Positions 40,955 through 55,257 are shown, counted from the stretch's first letter. The stretch: DNA of 64,000 bases from Octopus vulgaris (GCA_951406725.2 OX597815.1:82522001-82586000); one strand, 5' to 3'. Notes: generated by a model not told the origin, from the sequence alone. Program-made: numbers and translations.

Positions 40955-42440
40955 TCTTGCAAGGCCCCTCTTCCAAGATTCACATGTCCATCACGAAAAA
41001 TACTTCTCCAGTACTGTTCTGACCTCGTCTACAGAATTCATATTTTTTCCGTCCAAATGATTTTGAAGACTGCAGAATAAATGATAACACTGGGGAACAG
41101 GGTTTCTGTTGTCTGATGTTGGAGAACTGTTTCCTACTAATTCGAAGGTGTTGATTTCAAAAAGGAAATCCATTTTGCTCTATCACGTCAAGATTTTTAA
41201 CAAATAGAGATGTCCTTTTTTCAACACTTCTGGTATTGTCACCATTTCTGAGGATAGATTTGACTTCATCAAATGCAAACCTATGTATGGAGCTTGGCAT
41301 AACTTTGAAAACAGTTTTTCAATGTCATTTAAAGTAAATACAACTAGGAAAGTGAAAAAAAAGTTCTGATTTAAGTATCTTTAGTAAATAAAAAGTATCA
41401 AACTTGAGTAACTTTCATTATTTTCAACTTAACCAGTTCCAAATGTCATGATGTTGACAGAAATGTCCTTTATGCAATAAGATGTTAAGAAGCAACATAT
41501 TCTTATGGCCCTTCACGCCATACGTCTCATATTTGTGGAATTTATTTGCAGATATGCCCACGCTTTTCTAAATTTTGTGTGACTATCATTGCAAACTAGA
41601 TGAGACATGTTTTGTTGAACTTTTAACTGTTTCTTATGAAAATTGGCATTTTGAATGTGCCATTAATGTTTAGATTGTGAAGTCACATGTGTTAAGGTCA
41701 CTTTTCGTTAAGCATGGTCGAAGAACTGTAAAAAGAACTTCATGGTATGTATGCTCTTTATGGAACTTTGCCATCACAAATCTGCATTTGCTTACTTTAT
41801 AACTGTTGACTATTCTGAAAATGCTTTCCCAACTGACAACTGCCTTGAACATGTTCTGTATTTCAGATATATGGCCAGTTGTGAGAGAAACGAATTAGGT
41901 AGGACTAATTGTACAAAGCAAGACAACAAATTTTTTTTTTATGTTCTTTAGTGTAATCAGATGAGGCAATGTCCGGCGAATATGGTAGTTGGGGCATCGT
42001 TTCCTATTCAAATTGCTCCAGCCTTTGGAATGTCATCCTCGCTGCATGTGGTTGAGCATTATCTTGATGGAAGAACACCTTTCATCTTGAGATCAAAGAT
42101 GGTCGTTTTACTTGTAGCACTGACTTAAGCCACTCAAGCTGCTCGCAGTAGATCTCCTTTCTTATCGTTTGGTTTGGCTTTAAAAGTTCAAAGTGGACTG
42201 AAACTTTCATATCCAACCAAACAGATAACAACACCTTACGTGAGTGAAAACCTCTTTTAGCCTCGGAGGCTGGGGTTTCTCCTTCCTCTACCCACTGTCT
42301 TCGGCGCTTGACATTTTTTTAGAGAACCCGTTTCTCGTCACCAGTCACTATTCGACAAAAAAAAATTCCATTCGTGAGATGTGATAGCAAAGAAGAGCAC
42401 ACATTTTCACTCACTGTGCGCGATTAGACTCGGAAAGTGT
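40955..42440 (-). pseudogene. Mariner (DD34D) transposase relic split by an insertion
   Basis: RIVTGDEK, FHQDNAQPH and YSPDIASSDY (41954-42440) rejoin HLFCSLQNHLDGKNMNSVDEV (40955-41087). Confidence 0.88.
41088..41953. mobile_element. Non-autonomous DNA transposon with CACT termini and 3-bp TSD (CACTA/EnSpm-like)
   Basis: TAA|CACTGGGGAAC ... GTTCTTTAGTG|TAA. Removing the element and one TAA restores the mariner reading frame. Confidence 0.7.
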
Positions 42441-43144
42441 TTTTCATGATAGATGTAAATGAGATGATGGTAGTGGTAGTAATGGTAGCAGAAAAGTGAT
42501 TTGTTAGTAATGAAACTGGTGGTGTAGAAATTACAGAGGCGCGGGTAAGAGGGCTGGTGTTGTATATGAAGCGGATTTCACATTGTTTTCCCGTAATAAT
42601 TGCATATTTTATGACATTATAGGTTGCAGTGTTTGAGTGTTTGAAATAATGACAGTGAGTTGTACAACAGAGCTAATACAGTAGTACGATTACACTTCAA
42701 TGGTTTGAAATAACACAGGAACGTTTCTTTGTGTGTCTTTAAACCAACAATATTTTAAAAGTTCCTATAGTTGATATCGAATAAACGTTTATTAAGATCA
42801 TTAGTGCAAGTTCAATATAAGGCAAATTAACGGGGTATTGATACATACACATACACCATACAAGCAATAAGGCCTGCGTACATTCACACTTGTGTATATA
42901 TGAATATAAATAGGTATGGATAGGATTTTATCATAAAGATACAATACATTAAAAGCATTCAACGTATTAACTTTTTTTCTCGACGTAAAAATTAAATCAT
43001 CAATTATGCATACACACATATATACACATAGGCTTATACATACCTATCTAATTTATATTGTTTAAATCCCAATTCAAGGAAAGTGTTCGTGTTTAAGAAA
43101 ACGTTTTCTCTGGTTAATATTTGAAAGATTAAAGGGGAATAACA

Positions 43145-43220
<76 letters not shown>

Positions 43221-43837
43221 CATCTGTGTCTGTCTGTCTGTCTAAATATGTCTATATTGTTTACATAAACTGAATCCTCTTTCTCGAAAATTGAGTTTCA
43301 TGCTCCTTCAGTTTTCAACTGGGAAATGTTCGTCCTAGCTGAGTTGCGAGGAAAAGAGTCAAAATTCAGAGTAAGTAAACAATATACTTTAGACTATACA
43401 ATGAGAACTCTCATCTGAGAAAGTCTAACATTTGAATGTGTGCGTGTGTATATGTATGTACGTATGTATATATGTATGTATATACACATAACTATATATT
43501 TACATATATATGCGTGTGTATGCATATATATATATATATATATATATGTATACATATATACATACATATATACATATATACATATATATATACATACATA
43601 TATACATACATATATACCTATATATATGTATATACATATATACATATATACATACACACACACAATTACACACACACACATATATATATATATACAAACA
43701 TATATAAGTAGATACAAAAATATGCATAGAATAATGCACGCGCAGTGCGTGTGTATGTGTGTGTGAAAGGGAATGTGTGAGAATATGCACACAGACACAC
43801 ATACATAGTACACTCACGCATGGATACTAGCAAATGG

Positions 43838-43920
<83 letters not shown>

Positions 43921-43933
43921 GTCTCTCTCTCTC

Positions 43934-43976
<43 letters not shown>

Positions 43977-44402
43977 GCTCTTTTACTCCTTTCAGCCATG
44001 CGGCTGCGGTCATGCTGGAACACCACTCTGCCATAAGAGAATCAAACAGATGTTTCTGTAATGTGGAGCCCCCACCCCACCAAAAAAAAAACTCTGAGTA
44101 GAGTGGGTGTCTTTAATTCTCTAATGGGCATTGCTCTCTTTGCATTTCTAAGCTACTTAATACTTAAACATTCTGTCAGTTTAACTTTCTTCAGAGATGA
44201 AACCAAATATGGTCAATTCCATGATGGGAATCAGAGGTACCAGTACAAAATTAATGTGGATTTCTTTACAATGTGTATTTCTCGCACACGAGAATACCAT
44301 TGAGTGAGCTGCAATTATTAATAATGGGGTTTATTTCGTTGTGACACGCTTCCTTCAGAAAGCCACAAAAACGACGTATTTATCGAAAAATTGAAGAAGA
44401 CT

Positions 44403-44818
44403 GGCGAGCTGGCAGAATCGTTAGCACGCCAGGCAAAATGCTCAGCAGTATTTCGCCTGTCGCTACGTTCTGAGTTCAAATCCTGCCGAGGTCGACTTTG
44501 CCTTTCATCCTTTCGAGGTCGATAAAATAAGGACCAGTAACGCACTGGGGTCGATATAATCGACTTAATTTGTTTGTCTGTCCTTGTTTGTCCCTTCTGT
44601 GTTTAGCCCCTTGTGGGTAGTAAAGAAATAGAAATAGGTATTTCGTCTGTCGTTACATTCTGAGTTCAAATTCCGCCGGGGTCGACTTTGCCTTTCATCC
44701 TCTCGGGGTCGATAAATAAAGTACCAGTTTCGCACTGGGTCGATATAATCGACTTAATCCCTTTGTCTGTCCTTGTTTGTCCCCTCTATGTTTAGCCCCT
44801 TGTGGGCAATAAAGAAAT
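44403..44818 (+). mobile_element. Tandem Meta/MESC-like SINE (full plus partial) with Tx1-like 3' tail
   Basis: Two units, each ending GTCCTTGTTTGTCCC..TGTTTAGCCCCTTGTGGG(C/T)A(A/G)TAAAGAAATA. Confidence 0.85.
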
Positions 44819-45356
44819 ATATTCATGAATATGTTACCTGCTGGAAATAGATGTAACACCTTCTTTAAATTATGCACTAACGTCAAAACAGAAAGGAAGT
44901 ACATATTACACTATTTAGCTTGAGACACGTTATACTCTTACTCTTTACTCTTTTACTTGTTTCAGTCATTTGATTGCGGCCATGTTGGAGCACCGCCTTC
45001 AATAGAGCAACTCGACCACGGGACTTATTCTTTGTAAGCCCAGTACTTATTCTATACATTTCACTGCGTTTCTTAAAAAACAGCATAAGCAGTCCATATT
45101 TCTAATTTAATGGCGGTGCCCCAGCATGGTCGCAGCTCGTGAGCTGAAACTAGATGTAAATGTAAAATGAAAAAAAACAACAAAAGCATTGAAAGTAAGG
45201 AAGTTCAACTAGGAATATAGAGATACAAATATCTTCACTAGATTTATGAATGTACAAAATGTATGTATATCTTACACATAATAACGGGCAAGCGAACATT
45301 TACGAGGGATCGTTTACCTCGTAGTTTAATCAGACTGCTAGAAACATATATAAAAA

Positions 45357-45751
45357 CTAGCAGTATCGCCCGGCGTTGCTCGGGCTTGTAAGGGAAATAA
45401 CTATATAAGCATTTTTAGAGATGTAAAGTATAATAGCCATCTCAATATGGCTAACCACAAGGGGGGTTGTTACTGTAGCGTTTTACGTTCTGAGATTTAA
45501 TAATAAATTTTTAGAGAGTTACTTCCCTTATATATGCCAAAAATGCATTAAAAATGGGAAAAATTGATGGTATTTTTTTTTTTAAATCGTAGACTCATCG
45601 CAGACGCGCACTAATACCCAGAAGGGCTCGATATGAATCACGACTATAAGATACCCGGTTTTGGTTAAACTGCACCGCAAAATGTGGGAGTAGTTAGGAA
45701 TCTAAATCGTAGGAGACAGACAGCACACAACCTCTCTTTTATATATAAAGA
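45357..45751 (-). mobile_element. Non-autonomous Helitron
   Basis: Minus strand: A|TCTTTATATATAAAA...CCCGAGCAACGCCGGGCGATACTGCTAG|T. Same 3' end as the 30955 element but a different interior. Confidence 0.8.
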
Positions 45752-47113
45752 TTTCTCTTGCACCACGCACTGTGAAGACACACTCTGGATAATATTATAC
45801 TACATACATATTAGTCCCAGTATGGCCTAATAGTTAAGAAGTTAACTTTGCCATCACTACTTATCAAATTTGATCTTACTGCTTGATATCTTGGGAATAT
45901 GACATCAGTTTATGCAAATATGAATGAAATTGGATGGAAGCTGTATAGAATCATGTCTGGTGGATTGTAACAGTCGTTCAAAAGGTACGACCTTGTCGCA
46001 CTGATTTTCTTTCAAAGAATTATGTTAAGTATAGGCGTTACTGGAATTCTGTCAGTCATTTACGCGGTTTGATCCATTTACACGGTTTTATTCACGGTTT
46101 GATTCTTTCCTTTGCTTGAACAACTGAAATTTCACTGTTGAACGATGGAGATCCACAAACATGGTACGAATGAAAAGCTGTTGACTACAAAGTCAGACCA
46201 AAGAGGGTTGATCCGGAGCTAAAAAAAAACAACAACAACAATCCGTTCTGCTACTCCCTCCTATCATTCTACTTTCGTTCCTTCGTTCTGTTTCTTAACA
46301 CATATAGAATATATGAATACGGTTATAAGAACATAAATCATACAAAAAAATTAAGAAATGTCTTCTTTCACAGGGTTGCTAATTGAGCTGTAAGGTTGAA
46401 GGTGGAATGAAAGACGTATTTATGGTAAAGTACTGATCGGGTCACATAGTCACACAGCTATGAATACGATAAAAGCCAGGAATGTCCGAAAGCAGACCGA
46501 TTTACCATTCTTTATGAACATTTCAGACATTATTTTCATACACAAACTTCCACACCACAAAAGAGACAATAAGCACAAAGCAACACAGTGAAACATGAAC
46601 AAGAGCAAGAACGGCAATAACAACAAGAACAGTAATAACAATTGGATGAAGGATAAAAAGGGTAAGTCAAATGTCACTCTCAATATATTGATCAGTGATT
46701 GGTCAGTTATTTTGGGTGAATTCTTTCATTGACTGACCTCTTTCGGCTTTAAGATGTAATCAATAAATAATCACATTTTTACAAGTATTGTCAAACAGTA
46801 ACTACGTTAATTGCTATCTATACTTATATTTCTATTTCAGTCACCAGTATTAATGTGCACTCTTCAACAACTCTCAGCAATGCAAAACTTTGTGAATATA
46901 TATATGTGTAGGTCTGTGTGTATATACATACATACATACATTTATGTATGTATCTGTTAGGATATACATACATACATACATACATACATACATACTACAT
47001 ACACATATACAAACACGTGCACACCGATACACGTATAGGTGATGTATTTTGATTATTAGTCAATAGAACCCTCAACTATGCAAAAATATTGTGTATAATA
47101 TATATGCGTGCGC

Positions 47114-47147
<34 letters not shown>

Positions 47148-47184
47148 CACATATACGTACTGGTGGCGATTTCTTTCCCTTCCT

Positions 47185-47320
47185 TGGGCATCCCTTTTCT
47201 CTATCCAACGAAGCGTTATGCTTGAAACGTCAAAAGTTCTCTCTTTTTACTGAGCTTCAAACTAATACTTTCCTTGTCCACGTCGTCTTATTGTCTCTTA
47301 TTAATTTTATTGTATTTGAC
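47185..47320 (+). mobile_element. Penelope-like terminal remnant with degenerate hammerhead
   Basis: CCAACGA-AGCGTTATGCTT-GAAACGTC. A related copy lies on the minus strand at ~49110-49200 (CTGTCGA-AGAGCGAGGCTC-AAAATGTC). Confidence 0.45.
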
Positions 47321-47323
47321 TTG

Positions 47324-47418
<95 letters not shown>

Positions 47419-47429
47419 CTATATATATA

Positions 47430-47772
47430 TCCTTAAATCTTTAAAAATGTTTCAGCTCGAAAGCTGCGGCCATGCTGGGGCACCACCGTTGAATGAGCTA
47501 CACTAGTATGTGAAACTATCTCTGATAGGTGGCACTTGGTCATAAAAGGGAGTTCGACCTCGCCTCCCGCATTTGTGTTTCCTGTCGAGATGTAGGTTCA
47601 TCTGGAACCCCTGACAAAAAGAGATCCAATTTACTTTTAAAGAAACTCACATCTACACCATGCAGGTCTCTTAGGCATTTGGGAAGGATATTGAAGAGCT
47701 GTGGTCCCCTGAAATACAAGCTGTTGCAGTATCTGGTCCTGTATTTTGATGGTGATATTGGGATCTTTGGCA
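47430..47772 (-). mobile_element. 3' end of a CR1-like LINE
   Basis: [51 protein letters not shown] (CR1-group-type ORF2 C-terminus), then a 3' UTR ending GGTGCCCCAGCATGGCCGCAGCT..GAGCTGAAAC. Confidence 0.7.
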
Positions 47773-47777
47773 CATAC

Positions 47778-47808
<31 letters not shown>

Positions 47809-47904
47809 TATATGTATGTATGTATGCATGTATGCATGTATGTATGTATGTATGTATGTGTATGTATGTATGTATGTATGTATGTATGTATGTATGTATG
47901 TATG

Positions 47905-47955
<51 letters not shown>

Positions 47956-48208
47956 GTACATACGCACATACACATAGGCATCTAAATTTACACGAGTGTA
48001 GTGCCCATGGTGTTTTCATTCGTTACCAGCAATACACTTCTTTGAATAATTTCTAATTTATTTCTTTCAACCCCTACTCCATTTTCTTCTTCCAATTTCT
48101 CTTCTTTCTCCACCAACAATCAGCTTTCTTACTGAACCACTATCATGTTTTTTTCTTACACATCCACACACGCGCGCGCGCACATATATATGTATATGTA
48201 TGTATATG

Positions 48209-48335
<127 letters not shown>

Positions 48336-48358
48336 CATATGTGACAATTAATAATTTA

Positions 48359-48593
48359 TCATAATAAAACTCGGAGTTTCAGATACCGGGACTGAAGTCT
48401 GCTCCTGCATCTCATCAGGTATTCTTCATTTTATGCATTCATATAACAGATGAGATACTGGAGCAGACTTCAGCCCCGCTATTCGAAACTCTGAGTTTTA
48501 TTATGACAACCAAATAATTGCTACATATTATATTTATAGATAAATTCCTCTATTTTACATAATATCGAGGTCTCATTCATCCTTTTGTTGTCA

Positions 48594-48595
<2 letters not shown>
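48359..48595. mobile_element. Penelope-like end with inverted hammerhead-bearing arms
   Basis: Arms at 48359-48420 and 48445-48506. Left arm on the minus strand: CTGATGA-gatgc...gtatct-GAAA-CTC-C-GAGT-T. Right arm on the plus strand: CAGATGA...GAAA-CTC-T-GAGT-T. Confidence 0.6.
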
Positions 48596-48667
<72 letters not shown>

Positions 48668-48764
48668 TTATTATACATATATGCATGTATGTATGTAAAC
48701 ATACACATATATACATACTACATACATACATATATGTATATTTGCGTGTGTGTTTTTGTTTCTG

Positions 48765-48945
48765 AGTTTGTCCCTCACCACTACTTGACAACCATAACCA
48801 GTATTGGTGGGTTTACGTCCTCGTAAGCTAGCAGTTTGGGAGGAGAGACTGATAGAATAAACACACGCCTAAAAAACTACTGGGGTCGATTCATTCGGCT
48901 AAATAAACGTCTCCAAAGCGGTGCCCCAGCATGGCCGTAGTCAGA
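48765..48945 (+). mobile_element. SINE 3' half with CR1-like tail
   Basis: Ends GCGGTGCCCCAGCATGGCCGTAGTC. Related pieces at ~17315-17465, 43985-44025(-), 44940-45055(-), 45110-45155 and 62935-63160. Confidence 0.65.
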
Positions 48946-49013
48946 TAATTTAAATATTTGTATTCATACATACATACACATATAAATGTATGTGCGTGTG
49001 TTTGTGCGTGTGT

Positions 49014-49087
<74 letters not shown>

Positions 49088-49277
49088 TTTAAATGTACAG
49101 ACAACATGTAAGGGAACAAAAAGCTGGCGTTTGACGCTCGGGAAAATGGAAAACTCTGACATTTTGAGCCTCGCTCTTCGACAGAATGGATCTTGAGGAA
49201 AAAATGGAGAGAGAACGAAACGAAAAAGAGAGGGAAAAATATGTTGGGAGTAACGGTTCCACATGGTGAAAATATAC

Positions 49278-49339
<62 letters not shown>

Positions 49340-51007
49340 TGCCCCCAGCGTTTCTGTTATATAATAAAAGTTCATTACGTTTCTATATAGTAATAAGGCA
49401 TCACAAGTAAAAGGTATGGTCATTGCTTAAAGTTTATCGCAGGGTAAGAGTGTGTGACCAGAGCTGAATGTCGAGGGTCAAACAAAAACAACCAGCATGG
49501 TCAGACACTCGCAAAGATAAACAGTTCTAGGTATGATTGGTCAAATTATTTATTGTTTTGAAGAGGCGAAGACACTTTCAGACAACAATATGAGGAGACA
49601 GAAATGCATCGGGTAGATATGATTACAGAAACTATGCAGACTGTTGATTCATAAAGTAGATGCCATTCTATCGGTGACAGAAAAATAGAAAACGGAGAGC
49701 GGAAGCAGCGTGTATGCAAGTTAGCGACTGTAGATTTTGAATGAGTGAACATTTGCCCGTTAATCCGTTGGCTTACATTGGGATGCAGTCTATGAGGTTT
49801 ATGTCAGTGCTAGCAACACCACCCTTGATATGTGCGATATGTTGCTTTGTAAGGTGTTTGCAACTAATCATTGCTGAAATATTTTCTTCATTTTATGCAA
49901 TAACATATGTTTACCATTTGAGAGAATTATGATTCTGAAGAGTTTCAGTCAAGAACCGGATCATCCTTGCAATTTCGGCTGATATATACTCATTGAAAAT
50001 AGTGAAATCGATTGTGTTATCATGTATCCATTATCCCAACGACATGCCGCAGATACCTGCTAACAGACCCGTAGATAAGTTAGTATACAGAATATTTCAC
50101 TCACATGTTCTTAAAATCGGAACGATAACTCATACATCGAGTCTTTGGAAGGAATTTACATTTTACTTTTGAAATAAGGGGCCACCCACGAAGTCATACT
50201 TTCCTAATGATTTTGTTGCATAGCCTGAGAAAAAACCCTAATTGAACAAATCTATGCCCACAGGCATTCCAGTAATGAACAATACATGTATTTCCTGTTT
50301 CGACTTGGGCATTCATAGATATTAATTGTTACTTCAAGCAGATCCAGCGACAAAAAAGGTTCCCTCATTGCCAATTCTCTTCATAATACGTGGCGTAGTA
50401 AAAAATTGTCAAGGCTGAACATCAAGGTTTCAGTATATGTTATTAACATCAGCCAGAAATAGCAAAGCAAATTGAAATACAGATTGTACATTGAAGCTAT
50501 GTTGAAGAAAGCACAGGCCGCGTTAGAGTTACAGCTCCATCATTCGACAGCACGATTATTGTTTTACTTAACTTTACTTAACGGTCGATCCACAAAACAA
50601 TGGATATTAATCAATTTTATATTTATCTAAGACAACATTACGCTATATATTCAATGTTGTTGAAAACGCTGTGTGAGGACACAGATTTGAGGAAAGTTTA
50701 ACTACTATTTCTGGCAATAGTGTAATAAGTTCAACAAGTTTGTTTTCTCGGATGTTTTCAAAGTTAGAGAATTCAAACTATTCTCAGAGTTAAATTCAAG
50801 CTGAAGTCAGGAGACACAAATACACAGACATACGCGCGCACACGCACGCATAACACACACACACATTCATGAAGATATGTATGAATACATATGTAAGCAT
50901 TTACGTGTTTATGTCTATGTGAATGTGTGCACAAATGTATGTATAACTCAAAGATCATATATATAGATACATCCATCCATCCATCCATACATACATACAC
51001 ACATATA

Positions 51008-51050
<43 letters not shown>

Positions 51051-51086
51051 TATATTTAAATATTTATACACACACACACACACACA

Positions 51087-51128
<42 letters not shown>

Positions 51129-51585
51129 TGCCTTGCCAGCCTATTATGCATAAATACGTATATCTAAGTACAGAAATGTAAGAACGCACAAAAGCGCACT
51201 GAATCTCATACAAACACAGACCACATCAAAGCTTATATGACGCAAACTATTCCTATGTCTGACTCTTTCACTCTTTAGAAACATTACTCAAACTTCCGTG
51301 GTATTTTCTATACATAATACATCACCTTTCACCTGTGTACGCTATGTAAATGGTCTAAAACAATAAGATCATCTCTAAGTTGAACCGTTGGGTCAGCGAA
51401 ATTTCACATTGTTTAAATCACAGCTTCAAATATTATATTACAATGGTGAATGCAGAGGCGGACACGTGCGCAGATACGCACACATAATTTATGTATATAA
51501 AGAATCATATATATGTATTTAAATGGCTAGTGTTAATGTTATGCATATGTATAAAGGGTGTCTGTGTGCGCATATGCATGTGTAT

Positions 51586-51656
<71 letters not shown>

Positions 51657-51684
51657 CCTATCTATCTATCTATCTATATATCTA

Positions 51685-51771
<87 letters not shown>

Positions 51772-51772
<1 letters not shown>

Positions 51773-53403
51773 AGTCAGTGGGCTTGCGGCTCGGCACCTG
51801 GAGAAGCAAGCCCATGCCGTCCACCAGTACCTCTGTCGTGGGACGCTGGACGGACGGCCCGGTTGAGTTGCTCGGGGTCTGGTTCGGTCCGGACCTCCAA
51901 ATGGAGAAGAACTGGAACGAGATAATGAGTAGGGTGGTCACTCTCTCCCGGCAATGGGCCGAGAGGAAACTGTCCCTAAAAGGTCGGGCGGAGGTGGCGA
52001 ACACGTACATCGCGTCCCTCATCTACTACCGCCTGACCGTCGTACCTTGTCCCGACCCTACCATCACCAAACTACAACGCATTCTCTTCCGCTTCTTGTG
52101 GAAAGGTTGCGTCCCGATGGTCAGGCGACCCATTTGCTGTCAACACCCGTTAAAAGGGGGGCTGGGCATGCCGTGGTTGATGATGCGCAGACACGCGCTG
52201 AGACTGCGGTATCTCCGGCTCTATGTAGACGACGGTGAACAGGTGTGGTCGCCGTTTGTGAGGCACGCGTTCCCGCAGCTCGTCTCCATGACCGAACTGC
52301 AGTCGTGGATCAAAAAGAGGCCGAGGAAGGGCGAATGGCACCGCGAGTGTCGCGTTGCTCTCAAGCAACTCTGCCATCCCGGGTCGACCTTGAGTGATTT
52401 CAACACAACCAAGGCATTCTATAGGGGATTAGTGGAGGGGAGGTACGATGACGATCTTGGGGCAAACCTGGGCGTCAACGAGGAATACCTGACCCGCCTG
52501 TTTGAAACGACTTTCGGGCCGGGACCTATGGACAACTTCCAGAGATATCCTGGCCTGGCAGTGCTACCGAGAAGCGCTACCCGTTCGGGATAAGCTCTAT
52601 AGGCATGGCTCGAGAAACACGGAGCCGACCTGCCCGAGATGCGGGCAGAGCGACGAAACCGTTCTGCACGCAATCGTGCAGTGTCCAACAATCTCCGACC
52701 TGTGGGCTTATGTCGAACGACTGCTGTCACGTGTGGGACGTGTCGGTTTATCAGCCGAGTCTATCGTTAATATCGTCACGCCTCCTTCCTTCAAACGGGA
52801 AGGAAGAGCTATTTTTATCATACTTGTGGCTATGGCGAAAGAATGTATCAGGTGGACGCGCCTGAAAGGATTAGAGGCAAACGCTTTCCTCTCTGGTCAA
52901 TTTCTCATCAACTTCTTCAAGTATCACTTGAAGAGGAAAGTGAGAGTAGAGAGGTAAGTGTTGTCTAGTGAATGTTTTAAAAAAAGATGGGTGAATGTAG
53001 CAAGGATGGCACGTATGAATGACGAAGCCACCTTGACTATGATCCTATGAACCGTAAAAATTAATACAGAGAGTTGCTTATTTGTAAAAAAATATAACAT
53101 GTGACTTCATTGACCGAGGTTACCGTGGTCTTTTCCGTAAGCTTTTCTTTCCACGGGTAAACCTCACCTGTCCTCCCCTTTACACCTTATATTGACATTT
53201 CTGTGATAACGATCCCTATTGATCGATTTTTAAAATTTTTTATTTAAAAACATTTTTTTATCCCCCACCTTTTTTGTTCTCTTTCTTTCCTTTTACGATC
53301 CCTTTTGATCGAAAATCAAACCCCCTTTTTATCCCCAAAAGAAAAGCTCTACCTTGTAATTTGTCGTGTCTGTGTGCAGCCCTGTGTGGCTAATAAAGAA
53401 ACA
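51772..53403 (+). mobile_element. Tx1/L1-clade LINE, 5'-truncated, in (CTAT)n
   Basis: [27 protein letters not shown] and knuckle CPRCGQSDETVLHAIVQC, with a frameshift near 52545. Clearly homologous to but divergent from 7661-9401. Ends AATAAAGAAACA and then (TATC)n resumes. Confidence 0.9.
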
Positions 53404-53470
<67 letters not shown>

Positions 53471-54279
53471 ATAATATAATATAATATAATATATTCAGGT
53501 GTCTGTCTGTCTCTCTACATACGAATCTATCTATTTGTCTGCCCAGCAATTTAGCATTTAACACACATGCTCGTGCGCGTGAACACACACATACACACAC
53601 ACACATCTCACTGACAGACCTGGATAATGTGACATAGGAGAAACAGCGCTTCTTTTGGGCAGGTTATAGTGAAAACACAAATGAATTCTAGCTTTATCAT
53701 TTTCGTACATTTTTTTTCTTTTACGTAATGGCTCGTAGATTCTATTCAGTGGTTTTTTTTTGCCTATTTAACAATCCATCGAAGTCAATATTTCTAAGTC
53801 TTCTTCTTTTCAACAGGCAATGATTTTGGCTATGTGGGTCGCTGCTTGTCTATCGTAGGCAAAATCAATGTAAAGTGAGTAGCTAGAAACGCTTGGGCTG
53901 AATTCTCAAATATATTCATCAGTGAGTGACCTTTGAATGGTCGGTGTAACACTGAATTCATCCTCGACGTAGTAGAAGTAGTACTATCCAAAACAGCCAC
54001 AATGGAATGACTCACAAGGAAAAACATTGGAACAACTGAGGACCCATTTAAGGTCAGAATAAATAACACAGGTCTTCTCTTAGAATGCGAGAGGAAGCGT
54101 TGTATCATTAACCAGGTATACACGGCGATTAAAAGAGTGAGGAACGCTGTACCATAAACAACTGGAAACTACTGGAACAATCTGGGTCGAACTTTAATTG
54201 AAGTGTTTCAGGCTAGCGAAGAATAATTGGCCTAGAGAAAAACAATTCTAAAAATTTACGCGAACCAAGTGCCTTCATG

Positions 54280-54802
54280 AACTCAAAAAGCGAAATTTCT
54301 AGTTGTTGACCTCATGAGGTACGCTCAGGCAGGCCATTCAAAATCCAAAACAAGGAGATGATTAAGAAGATTCGGTGAATAGTTATGGAAGACCGTCGTG
54401 TAACAAACCAAGAAATTGCTCGCACTGTGGGAATAACCATAGGATCAATGTTTTCTATCTTAACTGTTGATTTGTGAATGCGGGGAGTGTTGGCAAATTT
54501 CCTTCCAAAGCGAAGTAACTTCGCCTGAAATCGCTCAAAACATGCTAAACAGTGCAAACTACGGCCCAAACTTCATGAAGACCATCATCACTTGTGATGA
54601 GTTATGGGTTTATGATCTCTGTTCGATGTTTTCGAGCACGCATAACGCGTCTGTACTCTTGTTGTAAGAGCCGGGAGCTGACACGCCCTACTGGCGCAAC
54701 AAGTTTTGCACATGTGCAGGAAGGGTGACGTCACCTCCCATCAAAAAGGATTAGCTTTGACGGGAAAAATAAAGTCGGATACTTTTTTCAATAAGCTTCG
54801 TA
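54280..54802 (+). pseudogene. Internally deleted mariner relic
   Basis: RSGRP..IVMEDRRVTNQEIARTVGI (HTH), ANFLPK (cf. WVPH) and IITCDELWVY (first catalytic D). TIR-like end AAAGTCGGATACTTTTTTCAATAAGCTTCG-TA. Confidence 0.75.
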
Positions 54803-55209
54803 TAGGTACATTCTAGAAGCTTTAAGCCCTTTTCAGGACAGATATTTATTAATTTTAAAGAACTACAAAACTCTAATCTTTTTCAAACTAGGACCATCTG
54901 ACTTCCCCGCATTTGTAGAGTTTCATCCACATCGTGAAGGCCCACAGGGAATTCCTCCTCAGTATATCACAGAGATTGATTTGCACATATAACGCATTAC
55001 TGGTAGCAAATTCGATTAATAAATTCCTAGGTTATTAATAGTTTTTCGTTTTAGTACTATGTAGTATCATACTACCTATCTACATATATCCATAAACTTT
55101 ATCTAACTCTGTACATGATAGATATATGTAAACACCTTGTCATTATAAGCAGTTAAACTATATTCTGCAGTACTGTGCACGTGTGTGTATGTGCACGCGC
55201 ATATGCATT

Positions 55210-55257
<48 letters not shown>

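Noticed and set aside
51523-52593. 356-aa ORF as a novel repeat-containing fusion protein
   Set aside because: The N-terminus is (CTAT)n read-through that happens to be in frame with a truncated Tx1 ORF2.
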